This document shows positions 21,148 to 30,725 of a stretch of 64,000 nt of DNA, in pieces; within the stretch, counting starts at the first letter, position 1; the number at the start of each line of letters is the position of its first letter. Made by a program: the position numbers and the translations under genes. Origin of the DNA: an uncultured SAR86 cluster bacterium. GTDB lineage: Bacteria > Pseudomonadota > Gammaproteobacteria > Magnimaribacterales > D2472. The stretch spans positions 131,993 through 195,992 of the forward strand of contig CACBPT010000001.1 in NCBI GenBank assembly GCA_902541245.1, written 5' to 3'. The notes beneath the pieces were generated by a model. The model did not search any database. It was not told the DNA's origin and was given only the letters and a program-made list of their open reading frames with translations.

Positions 21148-21715
21148 TAATATGTTTCACAAGTTTGAAGTAATCTTCCTCCGAGTCAAGATCATCTTGC
21201 AGCGTGCTTAAGTTTATGTCTTGAAAGCTAATGTTATTTTTCTTAAATTCTTCTGTAAAAAGATTATAGCTATTTAATCCAAATTTTAGCTCAAAATTTT
21301 GTGATGCTTCATACATTAAGCAATTTGTTCCATTTTTAAGAAGATCCGAAACAATGCTTACTTTTTGATTTGCAAACTTATTCTTTAGTAAATGAAGGTC
21401 TAATTCATTAATTCTTGGTAAGTCAGCATGCATGATTAAAATAATTTCGTTTTTATTGTGAGATCTAATAGCTTCATTAAGCGCACTATTTAAAGGTGAA
21501 CTTGTATAAAAAGATTTAGCTTCATCAAACATCAATTCCTTATCATTTGTGACAATGAAAATAGAATCGCATATATCTGAGTCAACTAAAGTCTTTACAG
21601 TATGACGAGCCATTCTCTCGGCAAGATTAGATCTTTCAGTTGAGCTAAGAATGTTAGATAGTCTTTCTTTAGAAATTTTAAAATTTTTTACTGGTATAAA
21701 TGCAGAGATTGCCAT
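21140..21715 (-). CDS. cofC: 2-phospho-L-lactate (or PEP/3PG) guanylyltransferase CofC/FbiD
   Basis: AFIPVKNFKISKERLSNILSSTERSNLAERMARHTV matches the CofC N-terminal pattern (PvK..AKsRL...R..La.amL). Position between cofD and fbiC supports the call. Confidence 0.7.
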   Translation of the reverse strand: MAISAFIPVKNFKISKERLSNILSSTERSNLAERMARHTVKTLVDSDICDSIFIVTNDKELMFDEAKSFYTSSPLNSALNEAIRSHNKNEIILIMHADLPRINELDLHLLKNKFANQKVSIVSDLLKNGTNCLMYEASQNFELKFGLNSYNLFTEEFKKNNISFQDINLSTLQDDLDSEEDYFKLVKHING

Positions 21716-22645
21716 TTATCTTCCTTCAAGAACTTTTATTATGTTATCTGCGAGTTTATTTTTAGAGAGTGTGTTATTCATAACTAAATTACTACAATGA
21801 ACTTCGTAACCTAATGCAGTGAGAAAGTCAGAATTTTTTTTATCAGCAGCATCGATAAAAATTCTATGAGAGTAATTTTTATAGAATTCCCCGATTGTAT
21901 TCACGCTTATATCATGACCAAGTTCTAACATCATTTTTGCTGTTGGTCCTTTGAGAGATTTTGAATTTACAATTGGACTTATTACAGTAACTTTTTCTGG
22001 AAATTTCCTAAGATAGTCTTGGAGACTTGAAAGTTGCAGCATAGGATTGATACTTACATATGGATTTGATGGGCAAATGATAATTTCATCGAATGACAAC
22101 AGGTCTATATCTTTATTAAATTTAGCTTTATCAAGTCCTTTAAAAACAAAATCAGTAACTGGGGGTTCGCATTTTAGTTTTACAAAATACTCTTGAAAAG
22201 ATAAAAGCCTATTTTCAGTTTGGATATATGTTTCAACCGGCTCATCACTCATGGGAAAAATAAATTGAGGTAAATTAAAAGAATTGCAAAGTTTCATTGT
22301 TGCCTCAGAAAGAGAGTTACCTGATTTTATTAATCTTGTCCTTTGAATATGGGTTGCTAAATCTTTATCGCCAAGTTGAAACCAAGTCTCACCATCCATA
22401 TCAGCTAAGGCTGAAAGCATATTCCATGTTTCATTTTTTCTACCCCAACCTTTTGAAACATCTGACTCACCAGCAAGGGTATACATAACGGTATCTAGGT
22501 CTGGACAAATCTTTAGATTAAGATGCGTAAAATCATCTCCAGTATTTACAACAATAGCTAAATTTTCTTCAGATAGTATGTTTTTAAAGCCTAATGCAAG
22601 CTTGGCTCCGCCAACTCCTCCACAAAGTAAAAGATAATTTTTCAT
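21716..22645 (-). CDS. cofD: LPPG:FO 2-phospho-L-lactate transferase CofD/FbiA
   Basis: LLCGGVGGAKLALG N-terminus, NTGDDFTHLNLKICPDLDTVMYTLAG, and ICPSNPYVSI. Confidence 0.85.
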   Translation of the reverse strand: MKNYLLLCGGVGGAKLALGFKNILSEENLAIVVNTGDDFTHLNLKICPDLDTVMYTLAGESDVSKGWGRKNETWNMLSALADMDGETWFQLGDKDLATHIQRTRLIKSGNSLSEATMKLCNSFNLPQFIFPMSDEPVETYIQTENRLLSFQEYFVKLKCEPPVTDFVFKGLDKAKFNKDIDLLSFDEIIICPSNPYVSINPMLQLSSLQDYLRKFPEKVTVISPIVNSKSLKGPTAKMMLELGHDISVNTIGEFYKNYSHRIFIDAADKKNSDFLTALGYEVHCSNLVMNNTLSKNKLADNIIKVLEGR

Positions 22646-23334
22646 CTAAATAAATCTTCTTCCTCTGAGCGAATTAATGTTTTTGCGTTTGAGGTATTAC
22701 TTTGAATAAATTTATAACCGCTAATTATCACAACTGGTTTTTTTTGTGCGGCTTGACCCATCAACAAAGATGATGCGGCCGCTAATTCATCAGCAATTGC
22801 AATTTGAGTAAATTTAAGCGTATTGCCATAAAGATCTTTATTACCTCTTTCGTCAATAAGGCATTCAATATTATGACTTCCGATCGTAAAGCCAACTATT
22901 CCATTTCTAAATGGTCGTCCCATGGTATCTGTAATAATTACTGATATATTTTTTTTCAAGTGCTTAGATAAAGATTCAGATAGTTTTTTAGCAGATAGAT
23001 CTGGATCTTCTGGCAACAATAATACAATGTCTTTTTCTTGATCAATATTTGATCTATCAATACCTGCATTGGCATGAATAAAACCAAGCTTGTGTTCTAC
23101 AATTAATACTCCCATCCTATATCTGACAACTTTTTTTGATTCGTTTAATATTGCCTGGATAAAATTTGGTTCTTTAGCAAGTTTTTTGGATAATTCTATA
23201 GCTTCTTTTGAGGGGGAAATATCAGATATATCAAGGTATCTGTCTTCTGATTTTGAAATAATTTTCTGAGCTATTGCAAAGACATCGCCATCATTAATTT
23301 TAATTGATTCTTTTTTAAGAGAGTCTATGATCAA
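22642..23334 (-). CDS. cofE: coenzyme F420-0:L-glutamate ligase CofE (stand-alone, no nitroreductase-like C-domain)
   Basis: DGDVFAIAQKIISKSEDR, ANAGIDRSN, ITDTMGRPFRNG, ADELAAASSLLMGQ. The conserved N-terminal ALETIPLIQPGDNLSQ is encoded in frame upstream of the TTG at 23334, so the gene probably extends to about 23394-23406. Confidence 0.8.
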   Translation of the reverse strand: MIIDSLKKESIKINDGDVFAIAQKIISKSEDRYLDISDISPSKEAIELSKKLAKEPNFIQAILNESKKVVRYRMGVLIVEHKLGFIHANAGIDRSNIDQEKDIVLLLPEDPDLSAKKLSESLSKHLKKNISVIITDTMGRPFRNGIVGFTIGSHNIECLIDERGNKDLYGNTLKFTQIAIADELAAASSLLMGQAAQKKPVVIISGYKFIQSNTSNAKTLIRSEEEDLFR

Positions 23335-23417
23335 TTGAGATAAATTATCTCCAGGCTGAATCAGTGGGATAGTCTCTAGTGCTTTGAGATTTATAGATTT
23401 AATAATTTATCCAGTAT

Positions 23418-24050
23418 TTAATGTCCGGTAATTTTTATACCAGAGTGTGCAAGAGAATGTTTCTTATTTATTGCAATTAAAATTGAGGTTAATGCCTCTG
23501 CAGCAGCAGAATTACATAATGGTCCAGCATGCCATGCGGTTAAACCAGCATCCTCTGCAAGAGATATAACGGTGCTTCGAGCATCAATAAAATCACCAGC
23601 TACTAGTACATCACATTCAATGTCAGCATCCGTTTGCAACAATTCAGCAGAAATATTTTGAAATGCAGAAACTACAATTGTTTTTTCACCAAGAATTGAC
23701 TGAGCTTTTAGAGCCGCTGAACCCTCCTGTGGTAATTGAACACGCATGACCTTTGGAGGCATTAAAGGAACTGTAGCATCTATCATTATTTTATTATCTA
23801 ATGCGTTGCCTATACTTTTTAGAGTATTTTCTTGGTGGGCAAATGGAACGGTTAAACATGCGAGCTCACAAGATTTTGCAGCTTCTTGATTTAACATGCC
23901 TGAAGAATTAGATAAATTTAGCCCCTTTGCAGATTCTTGAGCTTTTTCTAGGTCACGGCTTCCGATTAATACATCGTGACCTGCTTTTATCCATCTTGAA
24001 GCCAGACCCTTACCAAGTGAGCCAGTTCCACCAAGAATAGCTATTTTCAT
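23418..24050 (-). CDS. fno: NADPH-dependent F420 reductase (F420H2:NADP+ oxidoreductase)
   Basis: MKIAILGGTGSLGKGLASRWIKAGHDVLIGSRDLEKAQ matches the NpdG/Fno N-terminal signature. First gene of the F420 operon. Confidence 0.8.
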   Translation of the reverse strand: MKIAILGGTGSLGKGLASRWIKAGHDVLIGSRDLEKAQESAKGLNLSNSSGMLNQEAAKSCELACLTVPFAHQENTLKSIGNALDNKIMIDATVPLMPPKVMRVQLPQEGSAALKAQSILGEKTIVVSAFQNISAELLQTDADIECDVLVAGDFIDARSTVISLAEDAGLTAWHAGPLCNSAAAEALTSILIAINKKHSLAHSGIKITGH

Positions 24051-24184
24051 TAAAATTCTCCTAATTGTTTTTGAAAACTATTATACAAACTAAATTACAA
24101 GTCATTGCCGATAAAAAAGAAAAATTTGTTAATTTTACTTATCAGTTCATAATTTATAATTACGTTAAACTAAATAAGTTGAGA

Positions 24185-24949
24185 ATGATAAATCTTAAAA
24201 ATAAATCAATAGTAGTGACTGGGGGAACTAGAGGTATTGGTGCTGAAATATCTAAGACGTTTTTAAGGCATGATGCAGAGGTTTTTATTCTTGCGAGACA
24301 AAAACCTAAAAAATTGATAAAGGCAAAAGGGAAAAAAGCTATTTTTGTAGAATGTGATATCAGAGATATAAATTCTATAGATGCTGCAGTCAAAAATATT
24401 AAAACCAAGACAAAATCAGTCGATGTCTTAATTAACAATGCTGGAGGTGCTCCCTTAGTAAAAGCCCTATCAGCGTCAAATAGATTTCATGAGGCCATAA
24501 TTGATTTAAATTTGACTGCTCCATTAAATGTAAGCCAAAGATTTGCAAAAATTATGATGAAACAAAAAACTGTTTCTAACATAATAAATATTTCAAGTGT
24601 TACAGCTAATAGACCGACCCCTGGAAGTGCTGCTTATGGCGCAGCAAAGGGAGGACTTGTAAATCTAACAAAAACTTTAGCAATTGAATGGGCTCCAAAA
24701 ATAAAAGTAAATAGTATAGTTGTTGGCTATATTGAGACCGAAAATTCATTGGTTCATTACGGCAGTAAAAAAGAAATGAATAAAATTGCTAAAACCATTC
24801 CAATGAAAAGAATGGGTAAACCATCTGATATTGCAAATGCCTGTTTGTTCTTTGCATCAAATCTTTCAGAGTGGGTAACAGGAGCATCTTTAGATGTTCA
24901 CGGAGGCGGCGAAAAGCCAACCTACCTTGAAGTTGCAAAACCGAAATAA
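24185..24949 (+). CDS. SDR-family oxidoreductase
   Basis: The track ORF starts at TTG 24065. The ATG at 24185 (MINLKNKSIVVTGGTRGIGAE) places the TGxxxGIG motif at the normal distance from the N-terminus. NNAG and YGAAK are present. Confidence 0.8.
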   Translation: MINLKNKSIVVTGGTRGIGAEISKTFLRHDAEVFILARQKPKKLIKAKGKKAIFVECDIRDINSIDAAVKNIKTKTKSVDVLINNAGGAPLVKALSASNRFHEAIIDLNLTAPLNVSQRFAKIMMKQKTVSNIINISSVTANRPTPGSAAYGAAKGGLVNLTKTLAIEWAPKIKVNSIVVGYIETENSLVHYGSKKEMNKIAKTIPMKRMGKPSDIANACLFFASNLSEWVTGASLDVHGGGEKPTYLEVAKPK

Positions 24950-24953
24950 ATTA

Positions 24954-26480
24954 TTAGCCAAATAATTTTCTAACTAATCTGTTTCCCCAGAAAATCTTGA
25001 GTGCGCCTTTTAGTTGCTCAAAAGATTTATCTGTATAAGGATATGCAGATGCTGATTTCTTTCCAATGATAATTGGCATGGCATGAGCATATGCTAGTAA
25101 GCCCTCCTCTCCATTAACTACTCCTAGGCCACTTTCTTTAACACCTCCAAAAGGAACTTCATTAACGCCATAGCTCATTGCCATATCGTTTACAGAGCAT
25201 GCTCCTGTTTCAATAGATTGAGCTAATTTTTTTCCTTTAATTAAATCTTTGGTCCAAACATTCCCATTCAATCCATAGTGAGATTGATTGGCTAGCATTA
25301 AAGCTTCTTCTTCAGAGCTAACTTTCATTATTGAAATGATAGGTCCAAAAGTTTCATCCTTCATTATCTTCATTTCATGAGTGACCTCGGTCAAAACCGT
25401 TGGTTCAAAATATAGCCCTTCAAAATTTGGATTACGCTTTCCTCCAACCAAAACTTTCGCTCCTTTATCTATTGCATCTTTTACATGATCCTCAATTATT
25501 TCTATTTGTTTATCCCAAAAAGTTGGGCCGACATCACCCTTACAATCATTTGATTGAATTAGTGTCTTCGTAATAGAAACAACTTCGCCAACAAACTCAT
25601 CGTAAATATCATCCATTACATAAATTCTTTCTGTGCCACAGCAATATTGACCAGCATTCATACATGAACCTACAACAGCACCGCTGGCTGCATCTTTGAC
25701 ATCAGCATCAGAGCAAACAATCATTGCATCTTTGCCACCCAATTCCAGGCTATAAGGAATTAGCATCTCCCCACATTTGGTAGCTATTTTCTTTCCTGTA
25801 GCAACACTGCCAGTAAAAGACACTTTATCAGGACCATGATCAATTAGTTCTGCGCCTGTTTCGCCGTCTCCAATTACAGTTTGAACTAAATGCACTGGAG
25901 CTTCTGCCAATGCAAATATCTCCTCAACCAAAGCTCCTGACATGGGCGTTACTTCAGAAGGTTTTACAACAACACTATTACCGCATAAAACAGCCTGAAT
26001 CACAGGATTAATTGATAAGATGAATGGTCCATTCCATGGAGTAATAACAGCAACTACCCCTCTTGGCTTGTAAGTTATAATCGTTTTTTTTAAGAACTGC
26101 ATAGGCCCATGCATCTTAATTTTCTTGTCAGATAGCCATTTTTTGGCTCTTTTTGCATAAAAAACCAATGAATCAACGGCAGAAAACACTTCCATTGCCA
26201 TAGCCTCCTGTTGAGGTTTGCCTGTTTCCCTCATAACAACTTCCATGATTCTGTCTTGTTGCTGAATCACAATATCAGCAACCTTATGCATCAATTCAAC
26301 TCGCTCTTTAAGTGATGTTTTTTTCCATTCACTTTGTGCAATTTTTGCCTGCGTCATTATTTTTGAAATATCTTCAGAGGATGTACATTCATAGGTATCG
26401 ATATGAGATAGGTCAACTGGACTTTGTAAGGATAATAATTTTTGCCCAGTTTCAGATTTTGAAATAGAAAAAATAGCCAT
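24954..26480 (-). CDS. NAD(P)-dependent aldehyde dehydrogenase
   Basis: FTGSVATGKK, ELGGKDA, catalytic-Cys region NAGQYCCGTERIYV, and EETFGP-like DETFGP. Confidence 0.9.
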   Translation of the reverse strand: MAIFSISKSETGQKLLSLQSPVDLSHIDTYECTSSEDISKIMTQAKIAQSEWKKTSLKERVELMHKVADIVIQQQDRIMEVVMRETGKPQQEAMAMEVFSAVDSLVFYAKRAKKWLSDKKIKMHGPMQFLKKTIITYKPRGVVAVITPWNGPFILSINPVIQAVLCGNSVVVKPSEVTPMSGALVEEIFALAEAPVHLVQTVIGDGETGAELIDHGPDKVSFTGSVATGKKIATKCGEMLIPYSLELGGKDAMIVCSDADVKDAASGAVVGSCMNAGQYCCGTERIYVMDDIYDEFVGEVVSITKTLIQSNDCKGDVGPTFWDKQIEIIEDHVKDAIDKGAKVLVGGKRNPNFEGLYFEPTVLTEVTHEMKIMKDETFGPIISIMKVSSEEEALMLANQSHYGLNGNVWTKDLIKGKKLAQSIETGACSVNDMAMSYGVNEVPFGGVKESGLGVVNGEEGLLAYAHAMPIIIGKKSASAYPYTDKSFEQLKGALKIFWGNRLVRKLFG

Positions 26481-27550
26481 TAGAGTTCCTTTAGTTTTGC
26501 TTCAAGCATTGGTGTTACGTGATTGTTTATGTGCGCGTTCATACCTAGTGGCATCATTTCATAGTGCTCCAATTTACGGACGACTTTAACCATTATCACG
26601 GTGAATTTGTATAGAGCCAAAATATAATAATAATCAAAATTATTTGCACTAAAACCTGTTAAAGCCTCCCATTTAGCTATCGTTGCAACCGGACCAGGAA
26701 AACCACTTAAGCGATCAACATGAACTCCTTTTGAATTACAATCATCTATGGCTATCCCCCAAGCAAGATCAATACAAGGATCGCCTAGAGCAGCCATTTC
26801 CCAATCTAAAACTGCAGACACGTCTCCATCAGGGGTATACATAATATTTGCACACCTGCAATCTCCCCACAGTATCGAAGCTTGATTTGGAGAGGGTTTA
26901 TTTGCTTTTAACCACTCGCGAGCCTTGTCAGCAACTGGATGAGCTTCGCCTTCCATAGCCCATTCATGAAAATTAAAATAATAATTTAATTCTTGATCAA
27001 GATAATTCTCTGCGAGCTTTGGTCTATTAAGAAATTCAAAATCACCACCTGTAATGTCTACTTGATGAATTTTGGCCATTTGCTCAACCCATCCCCACCA
27101 AATATTCTCTCTAACCTTTTCTGATGAATCTGCAACCCAGCCTTCTTGATGAAATGGAGGATTATCAGAAGGCGCATCGCCTTTAGCCATTTCCATCACA
27201 TAAAATGATGTGCCAAAAATATCATCGCTTGATTCATACCAAAGAACATTTGGGACTTTGATGTCATGGTCGGATAACTTTTGCATAATCAGATATTGTT
27301 TATGAATATCATAATCAGGAAAAACAAAAAATCCTTCTGGATAAAACCTGAGAACCATGCCAGTTTTAATTTGTTTATCTCCTAATTCATATGCCACATT
27401 AAAGCTTAATGTTTCATTTGAAAATCCTGTATTCTCCGGGCCACCTAATAACTCAACATTTAGATTATTTACATAGGTTAATTTAGATTCAAGCCATCTT
27501 GTAAATGTAATCTTTGTTTCCTCTAAATCTCTTTCTTGTGGTTTTGGCAT
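26480..27550 (-). CDS. APH-family phosphotransferase (kinase of the type found next to acyl-CoA dehydrogenases)
   Basis: Brenner-like WGDCRCANIMY and VLDWEMAALGDP motifs. Overlaps the ALDH start by 1 nt. Confidence 0.75.
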   Translation of the reverse strand: MPKPQERDLEETKITFTRWLESKLTYVNNLNVELLGGPENTGFSNETLSFNVAYELGDKQIKTGMVLRFYPEGFFVFPDYDIHKQYLIMQKLSDHDIKVPNVLWYESSDDIFGTSFYVMEMAKGDAPSDNPPFHQEGWVADSSEKVRENIWWGWVEQMAKIHQVDITGGDFEFLNRPKLAENYLDQELNYYFNFHEWAMEGEAHPVADKAREWLKANKPSPNQASILWGDCRCANIMYTPDGDVSAVLDWEMAALGDPCIDLAWGIAIDDCNSKGVHVDRLSGFPGPVATIAKWEALTGFSANNFDYYYILALYKFTVIMVKVVRKLEHYEMMPLGMNAHINNHVTPMLEAKLKEL

Positions 27551-27616
27551 TCTATTTATTATTCATTGATTAAACATCAACCATAATATAAATTTAATTA
27601 ATTACAAAGAAAAAAT

Positions 27617-28699
27617 ATGGCAGATTTATTCAAACAAAAATGGGATGCTTTTTGTGACAACTTAAAAGATCTTGGGTCTATCATTGAATCAGAATCATCG
27701 CTTAGTGAAATTGATCAAGCTGAAGGATATAGATATTTACTAAGATTGATGCGCCTGGCATTAGAGATGAATTTAGAGCATTCAAATCCAACCTCGCCAT
27801 CTTTTTATAATCTTTCTCATGAAACAGCAAAAATAGGTGCTGATAATCCAGATAATATTTATTTAAATGCAAACATTGATGGTGAGCAGGCATATAAAAT
27901 ATATGGAAATATTGGTGAATTAGATTATTTAAGTTTTGGAATCAAAGAAAATAGATATAGTGAAGATGGGACTATGATCTCTTTAGGTGAAATTGATATG
28001 AGAGATATGGAGATAGAAAATTCTGGAGATTTTATTCTCCATCTTGGAGGGGCTGAGACTTCTAAAAATTATTTACCTATGCCCAAAAGTGCAAACATGC
28101 TTATAGTGCGTCAAACCTACAAAAACAGAATTAAACAAACTCATGCAAAAATTAATATCAAAAATCTAGACTCCAAGCCAATTCCTGAAATTTTAACAAC
28201 AGAAAAACTGGAAAATCAGCTTAATCAAACATTAGCTTTTGTCAGTGGAACGGCATCTACATTTTTAAAGTGGGTAAATGAATTTAAACTTAATCATAAA
28301 AATTCTCTTCCTCTTGGTGATCAAAGCTTTTTTCAAGCAGCTGGCGGAGACCCTAAAATTTGTTATTTGCATGGATATTATGAATTCAATGAAGATGAAT
28401 GCTTACAAATTATCACAGATATTCCAGAATGTGAGTATTGGAATTTTCAATTAGAGAATTACTGGATGGAATCTCTAGATTACAGACATTATCCAATTCA
28501 TATTAATGATTCGTCTGCGACTCTTGAAGATGACAACTCTATAATTATAACCATCAGCCATTCTCCTATTAATATAAAAAATAACCTTATTACAGAAGGC
28601 AGAAATAATGGTGCAATGCTTTTGAGATGGATTGGTTCAACCAATAACCCCATCCCAGAGGTAAAAATAAAAAAGATTAAATCTATCGAGATAAACTAA
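27617..28699 (+). CDS. hypothetical protein, DUF1214-like
   Basis: QAEGYRYLLRLMRLALE ... GADNPDNIYLNANIDGEQAYKIYGN resembles what I recall of DUF1214 proteins from actinobacterial lipid-metabolism loci. Recall-based only. Confidence 0.45.
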   Translation: MADLFKQKWDAFCDNLKDLGSIIESESSLSEIDQAEGYRYLLRLMRLALEMNLEHSNPTSPSFYNLSHETAKIGADNPDNIYLNANIDGEQAYKIYGNIGELDYLSFGIKENRYSEDGTMISLGEIDMRDMEIENSGDFILHLGGAETSKNYLPMPKSANMLIVRQTYKNRIKQTHAKINIKNLDSKPIPEILTTEKLENQLNQTLAFVSGTASTFLKWVNEFKLNHKNSLPLGDQSFFQAAGGDPKICYLHGYYEFNEDECLQIITDIPECEYWNFQLENYWMESLDYRHYPIHINDSSATLEDDNSIIITISHSPINIKNNLITEGRNNGAMLLRWIGSTNNPIPEVKIKKIKSIEIN

Positions 28700-29838
28700 T
28701 GCTTAATGAACTAGAAATTATAAATGAAGCTAAAAATCAAACTGGTTTAGAAAATTTTGGCAATCCATTATTTGTGGAAGGTTTTAAAACACTTATCAAT
28801 TCGATAAATAAAGAAGCTGATTTGAATGAGGTTGGTGTTGAGGCGCAAAAACACAGACTGATTGGAATATTAGCTAATATCCTAAGAATTGAAAGTGCAT
28901 TTATTGAAAATCCAGAAATTTTAAATGAGGAAATTAAGTCGCCAGTTGTGATTGTTGGTCTTCCGAGGACAGGGAGCACTATGACTCATAGACTTCTTGC
29001 CTCTGATCCAAATCATACTGCGATGCTTTGGTGGGAAGGAAGGTATCCAGCAATGCTTGAAAATGAACAAAGAGGCAACCCCGTGGATAGAATGGAAATG
29101 GGTAAAGCTGAAGTTGAAGCTGTTATGCAAGCTTCTCCTGATGCATTGACAATTCATCCCTGGGACTACAAAGGAGCCGATGAAGAAATTTTATTATTGG
29201 AGCATACATTTTTTAGCACGGTGCCAGAATCATTCATGCGACTGCCAGCCTATTCTCATTGGGTTGAATCTCAGGATCATATTCATGCCTACGTACAATT
29301 AAAAAAAATGCTTCAATACCTTCAGTGGCAAAATCCAGGCAGAGAAAATAAAAGATGGGTTCTTAAGTCACCTCACCATTTAGGTTTTATTGATAAATTA
29401 CTGAATGTATTTCCTGACTCAAAAGTGATCCAGACGCATAGAGATCCTTACAAAACTGTGCCTTCATTTTGTTCAATGTGTGCAAATTTATTTGAACCGA
29501 TTTCAAACTCATACGATAAAGAAGAAATTGGTCATCATTGGGCAAATAAGCTAGCCAAAGTACTAAATCACTGTATGAAAATAAGCAGATTAAATAAAGA
29601 AAATTTTCTCGATTTAGAATTTAATAAAATGATTAAGGATCCAATTTCGGAAATGACTGAAGTTTATGACTTCATAGGAGAGGACTTTACACATCAGGCA
29701 GAAAATGCAATGAAAGCTTGGAAAGAAGAAAATCAACATGAAATGGGTGCTCATCAATATTCACTTAAAGAATTCAATCTAGATGATTCTTTTATAAGTG
29801 AAAATTTCAATGAATACATAAATCAATATATAAAATAG
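28699..29838 (+). CDS. sulfotransferase-family protein
   Basis: 5'-PSB loop VVIVGLPRTGSTMTHRLL, and KSPHH...THRDP, typical of Sulfotransfer_3-like enzymes. Start overlaps the upstream stop by 1 nt. Confidence 0.7.
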   Translation: MLNELEIINEAKNQTGLENFGNPLFVEGFKTLINSINKEADLNEVGVEAQKHRLIGILANILRIESAFIENPEILNEEIKSPVVIVGLPRTGSTMTHRLLASDPNHTAMLWWEGRYPAMLENEQRGNPVDRMEMGKAEVEAVMQASPDALTIHPWDYKGADEEILLLEHTFFSTVPESFMRLPAYSHWVESQDHIHAYVQLKKMLQYLQWQNPGRENKRWVLKSPHHLGFIDKLLNVFPDSKVIQTHRDPYKTVPSFCSMCANLFEPISNSYDKEEIGHHWANKLAKVLNHCMKISRLNKENFLDLEFNKMIKDPISEMTEVYDFIGEDFTHQAENAMKAWKEENQHEMGAHQYSLKEFNLDDSFISENFNEYINQYIK

Positions 29839-29847
29839 GAAGTAAAA

Positions 29848-30624
29848 ATGTTATTAGAAGATAAAGTTGTGATTGTTTCGGGAATTGGACCTGGCTTGGG
29901 GCAAGAACTTGCTTATGGTGCAGCAAGAGAAGGTGCAAAAATAGCAATTGCTGCAAGATCAACTGAGTTATTGAATAAACTTAAAGAAGAAATTGGAGAA
30001 AAATCAGATGTCATTGCAATACCATGTGACATCACAGATAAAAAAGATTGTGAAAATTTAGTTAATGAAACAATTAAAAAATATGGAAAACTAGATGGAT
30101 TAATCAATAGCGCATACCGAGCGGGTGACTTTAAAGAAATTGAAGATTCTGATTTTGATGACTGGCATGAAACCATGAATACAAACTTTTTTGGAACCAT
30201 GAATTTAACAATGGCAGCGGTAAAAGAGATGGTTCCAAATAAAGAAGGTGCAATTGTAATGATCAATAGCTTAATTACAAAAAAACCTTTACCAACTCAA
30301 GGAGGTTATGCTGCATCAAAAGGCGCTCTATCAACAGCAACAAAAATTCTTGCAAAAGAGTTGGGCCCAAAAGGAATAAGAGTCAATTCAGTATACATGG
30401 GCTGGATGTGGGGACCTCCAGTTGAAATGTATGTAAATTTTACTGCAGAATCAATGGGTGTTGAACCAAGTGATGTAATTAACGGAGTTACAAAAGATAT
30501 TCCTCTAGGAATAATTCCCGATGATAGTGACTGTGCAAATGCTGCATTATTTTTAATTTCCGATCTTGCAAAAGTAATTACTGGGGCAAATCTAGATGTA
30601 AATGGTGGAGAATTTATGTCTTGA
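29848..30624 (+). CDS. SDR-family oxidoreductase
   Basis: VSGIGPGLGQ cofactor loop and YAASKGAL (Y-x3-K). Confidence 0.85.
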   Translation: MLLEDKVVIVSGIGPGLGQELAYGAAREGAKIAIAARSTELLNKLKEEIGEKSDVIAIPCDITDKKDCENLVNETIKKYGKLDGLINSAYRAGDFKEIEDSDFDDWHETMNTNFFGTMNLTMAAVKEMVPNKEGAIVMINSLITKKPLPTQGGYAASKGALSTATKILAKELGPKGIRVNSVYMGWMWGPPVEMYVNFTAESMGVEPSDVINGVTKDIPLGIIPDDSDCANAALFLISDLAKVITGANLDVNGGEFMS

Positions 30625-30725
30625 TGAGTATCAAGTAATTCTTTTTCGTCAAGCTTTAAAATAATTATTCTATACTTTTTTTCTTATTAACCAATTTATT
30701 AACAATAATTGTTTAAAATTTAAAT

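Noticed and set aside
30701-30713. AACAAT-a-ATTGTT inverted repeat upstream of the amidohydrolase_2 gene as an operator
   Set aside because: A 6-bp AT-rich palindrome is expected by chance many times in this sequence, and there is no nearby regulator gene.
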